Source of the DNA: Octopus vulgaris
Taxonomy: Eukaryota
DNA length: 64,000 nt
Direction: 5' to 3'
NCBI GenBank assembly: GCA_951406725.2
Contig: OX597821.1
Location: forward strand, 60,016,001-60,080,000
This document shows positions 62,302 through 64,000 of the stretch, one piece after another (within the stretch, counting starts at the first letter, position 1; every line of letters starts with the position of its first letter). Both the position numbers and the translations under genes were made by a program. Under the pieces are notes generated by a model, which made no database searches, was not told where the DNA came from, and saw only the letters and a list, made by a program, of their open reading frames with translations.

Positions 62302-63654
62302 TTTCAAAGTATTGGTGTCTGATACTAGTATGAAATTTCAAATGTAGTCAATCAAGCAAATAATTGACAAATATTCATAAGCTGTACATGGAAACATATG
62401 GCTCCAGTAATAAGAAAAATTAATGAAATTTACCATTGGAAACATATGGGTATTATTGGCACAGTAAAGCAAGTTGTCACCAGTCACCAGATGAGCTGAA
62501 TTTGTGTGAATAATAATTCAGAGAACCTGATAAATTGGTATAAGTCTGGTGACATAATCAAAGGAAGTTTCAATAGTAAAATTTAACTGCGGTGCTAATT
62601 GCTGATTGCTGGATTCATTCATGCAAAGCTATTAAATTAAGACTCCAGGATGTGCATGTGGGTAATACTTTATAATTAAGAGGCAAAGCATGGAGAAATA
62701 AATTAACTGAAAATAGGTGTCTTCTGTAAAGCTATTAGTATAACAACTATGAAATTTTAACACATTGGAAATGAATTTGGAAAAAAAATCTTACTTTTCT
62801 GCCAGAATCTTCTGTAATGACACTTGAATAAAATGAGGATGGATGTTGAATTCCTGGACCACTAAAACTGCCATGGTGACTGTCTGGAATCAGAGACCCA
62901 AAAAATGATTGTTATTAGTTGCTTCTTTTAAATTACAAAACTTTATAAAGAAGAAACTTAATAGAAAAATAAAGAGGTAAATACAAAATAAAATTCTATA
63001 TTCTACTTTCATAACCCTTGTTTGTAGAGGCAACACAATTATATTTAAAATTTGAAATGTTGGGTAAATATCATCTGCTTGTGAAAAGAGCTAAAATAAT
63101 ATGTACAATTATTGAAGAAAGCAACAAAATTTATGTAAAGCAAACGCAAATTTTTAAATAAGTGAAGATAAATCATCATCATCATTTAGAATCTACTTTT
63201 CCATGCTGGCATAGGTACCATTGCATACTAGAGTCGATCTAACTGACTGGCCCCCTGCACAAAAAATTCGGGCCTTGTGCCTAGAGTAGAAAAGATTATT
63301 TTTTACCTATTTTCAAGCAAATATTTCCCCAGACATGGAAATGAACAATCTTGTTTGTATGGCAATGATACTCGTAATGTCTAGACAAGGGTATGCACAC
63401 ACACACACGCACACCACTACATAAAATGGGCTTCTCTCAGTTTCTATCTATCAAATTCACTCACAAGGTTTCAGTTAACCTGGGCCTAGAGCAGAAGACA
63501 CTTGCTCAAGGTACCATGCAGCGGGACTGAACCCAAGACCACATGGTTGGGAAGCAAGCTTCTTGTGTGTGCCCATTTATATTTTTTTTTCTTCCCAGCA
63601 CTGAATAATTCTTAACAAAAAATTTACTTTTGACATAGAAGGTGATCACTTTCT

Positions 63655-64000
63655 TTTATTCTTTTACTTGTTTCAGTCATTTGACTGCAACCATGCTGGA
63701 GCACTGCCTTTAGTCAAACTGATCCAAGGATTTATTCTTTGTAAGCCTAGTATTTATTCTATTGGTCTCTTTTTTTGCTGAACTGCTAAGTTATGGGGAT
63801 GTAAACACACCAACATCAGTTGTCAACTGGTGGTGGGAGGGACAAGCACAGACACACAAATACATACATATATATATATATATATATGTGTGTGTATGAC
63901 GAGCTTCTTTCAGTTTTCATCTACCAAATCCACTCAAGGTTTTGGTTGGCCTGAGGCTATAGTAGAAGACACTTGGCCAAGGTGCTATGCAATGGAACTG
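63655..64000 (-). mobile_element. SINE family A, truncated by the window edge
   Basis: Tail, 3' module, TA tract and core present. Confidence 0.85.

Overview
AT-rich, repeat-dense, apparently non-coding (intronic or intergenic) animal genomic DNA. The SINE repertoire and heavy (TA)n/(CA)n/(GA)n/(ATG)n microsatellite load resemble octopus/coleoid genomes (inference from pattern recognition, not a database hit). No intact host protein-coding gene is supported; almost all listed ORFs are microsatellite or SINE artefacts. The window holds dozens of copies of three short interspersed repeat families, one full-length but dead mariner (DD34D) element, fragments of RTE, RTE-X, R4/Dong and CR1/Jockey-like LINEs, and hAT-, piggyBac- and pogo-like MITEs. 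The most interesting layer is a set of short elements, most sitting in or beside (TA)n tracts. At least nine carry minimal type I hammerhead ribozyme motifs (intact or decayed) with self-complementary stem III, and several are arranged as fold-back inverted repeats, as expected for Penelope-like retroelement termini. Two further fold-back elements lack a hammerhead but share a covarying multi-hairpin RNA structure that I cannot assign to a known class. One SINE copy shows a strand-biased run of A-to-G changes, possibly a fossil of ADAR editing. Repeat boundaries were read by eye and are approximate unless TIR/TSD positions are given.
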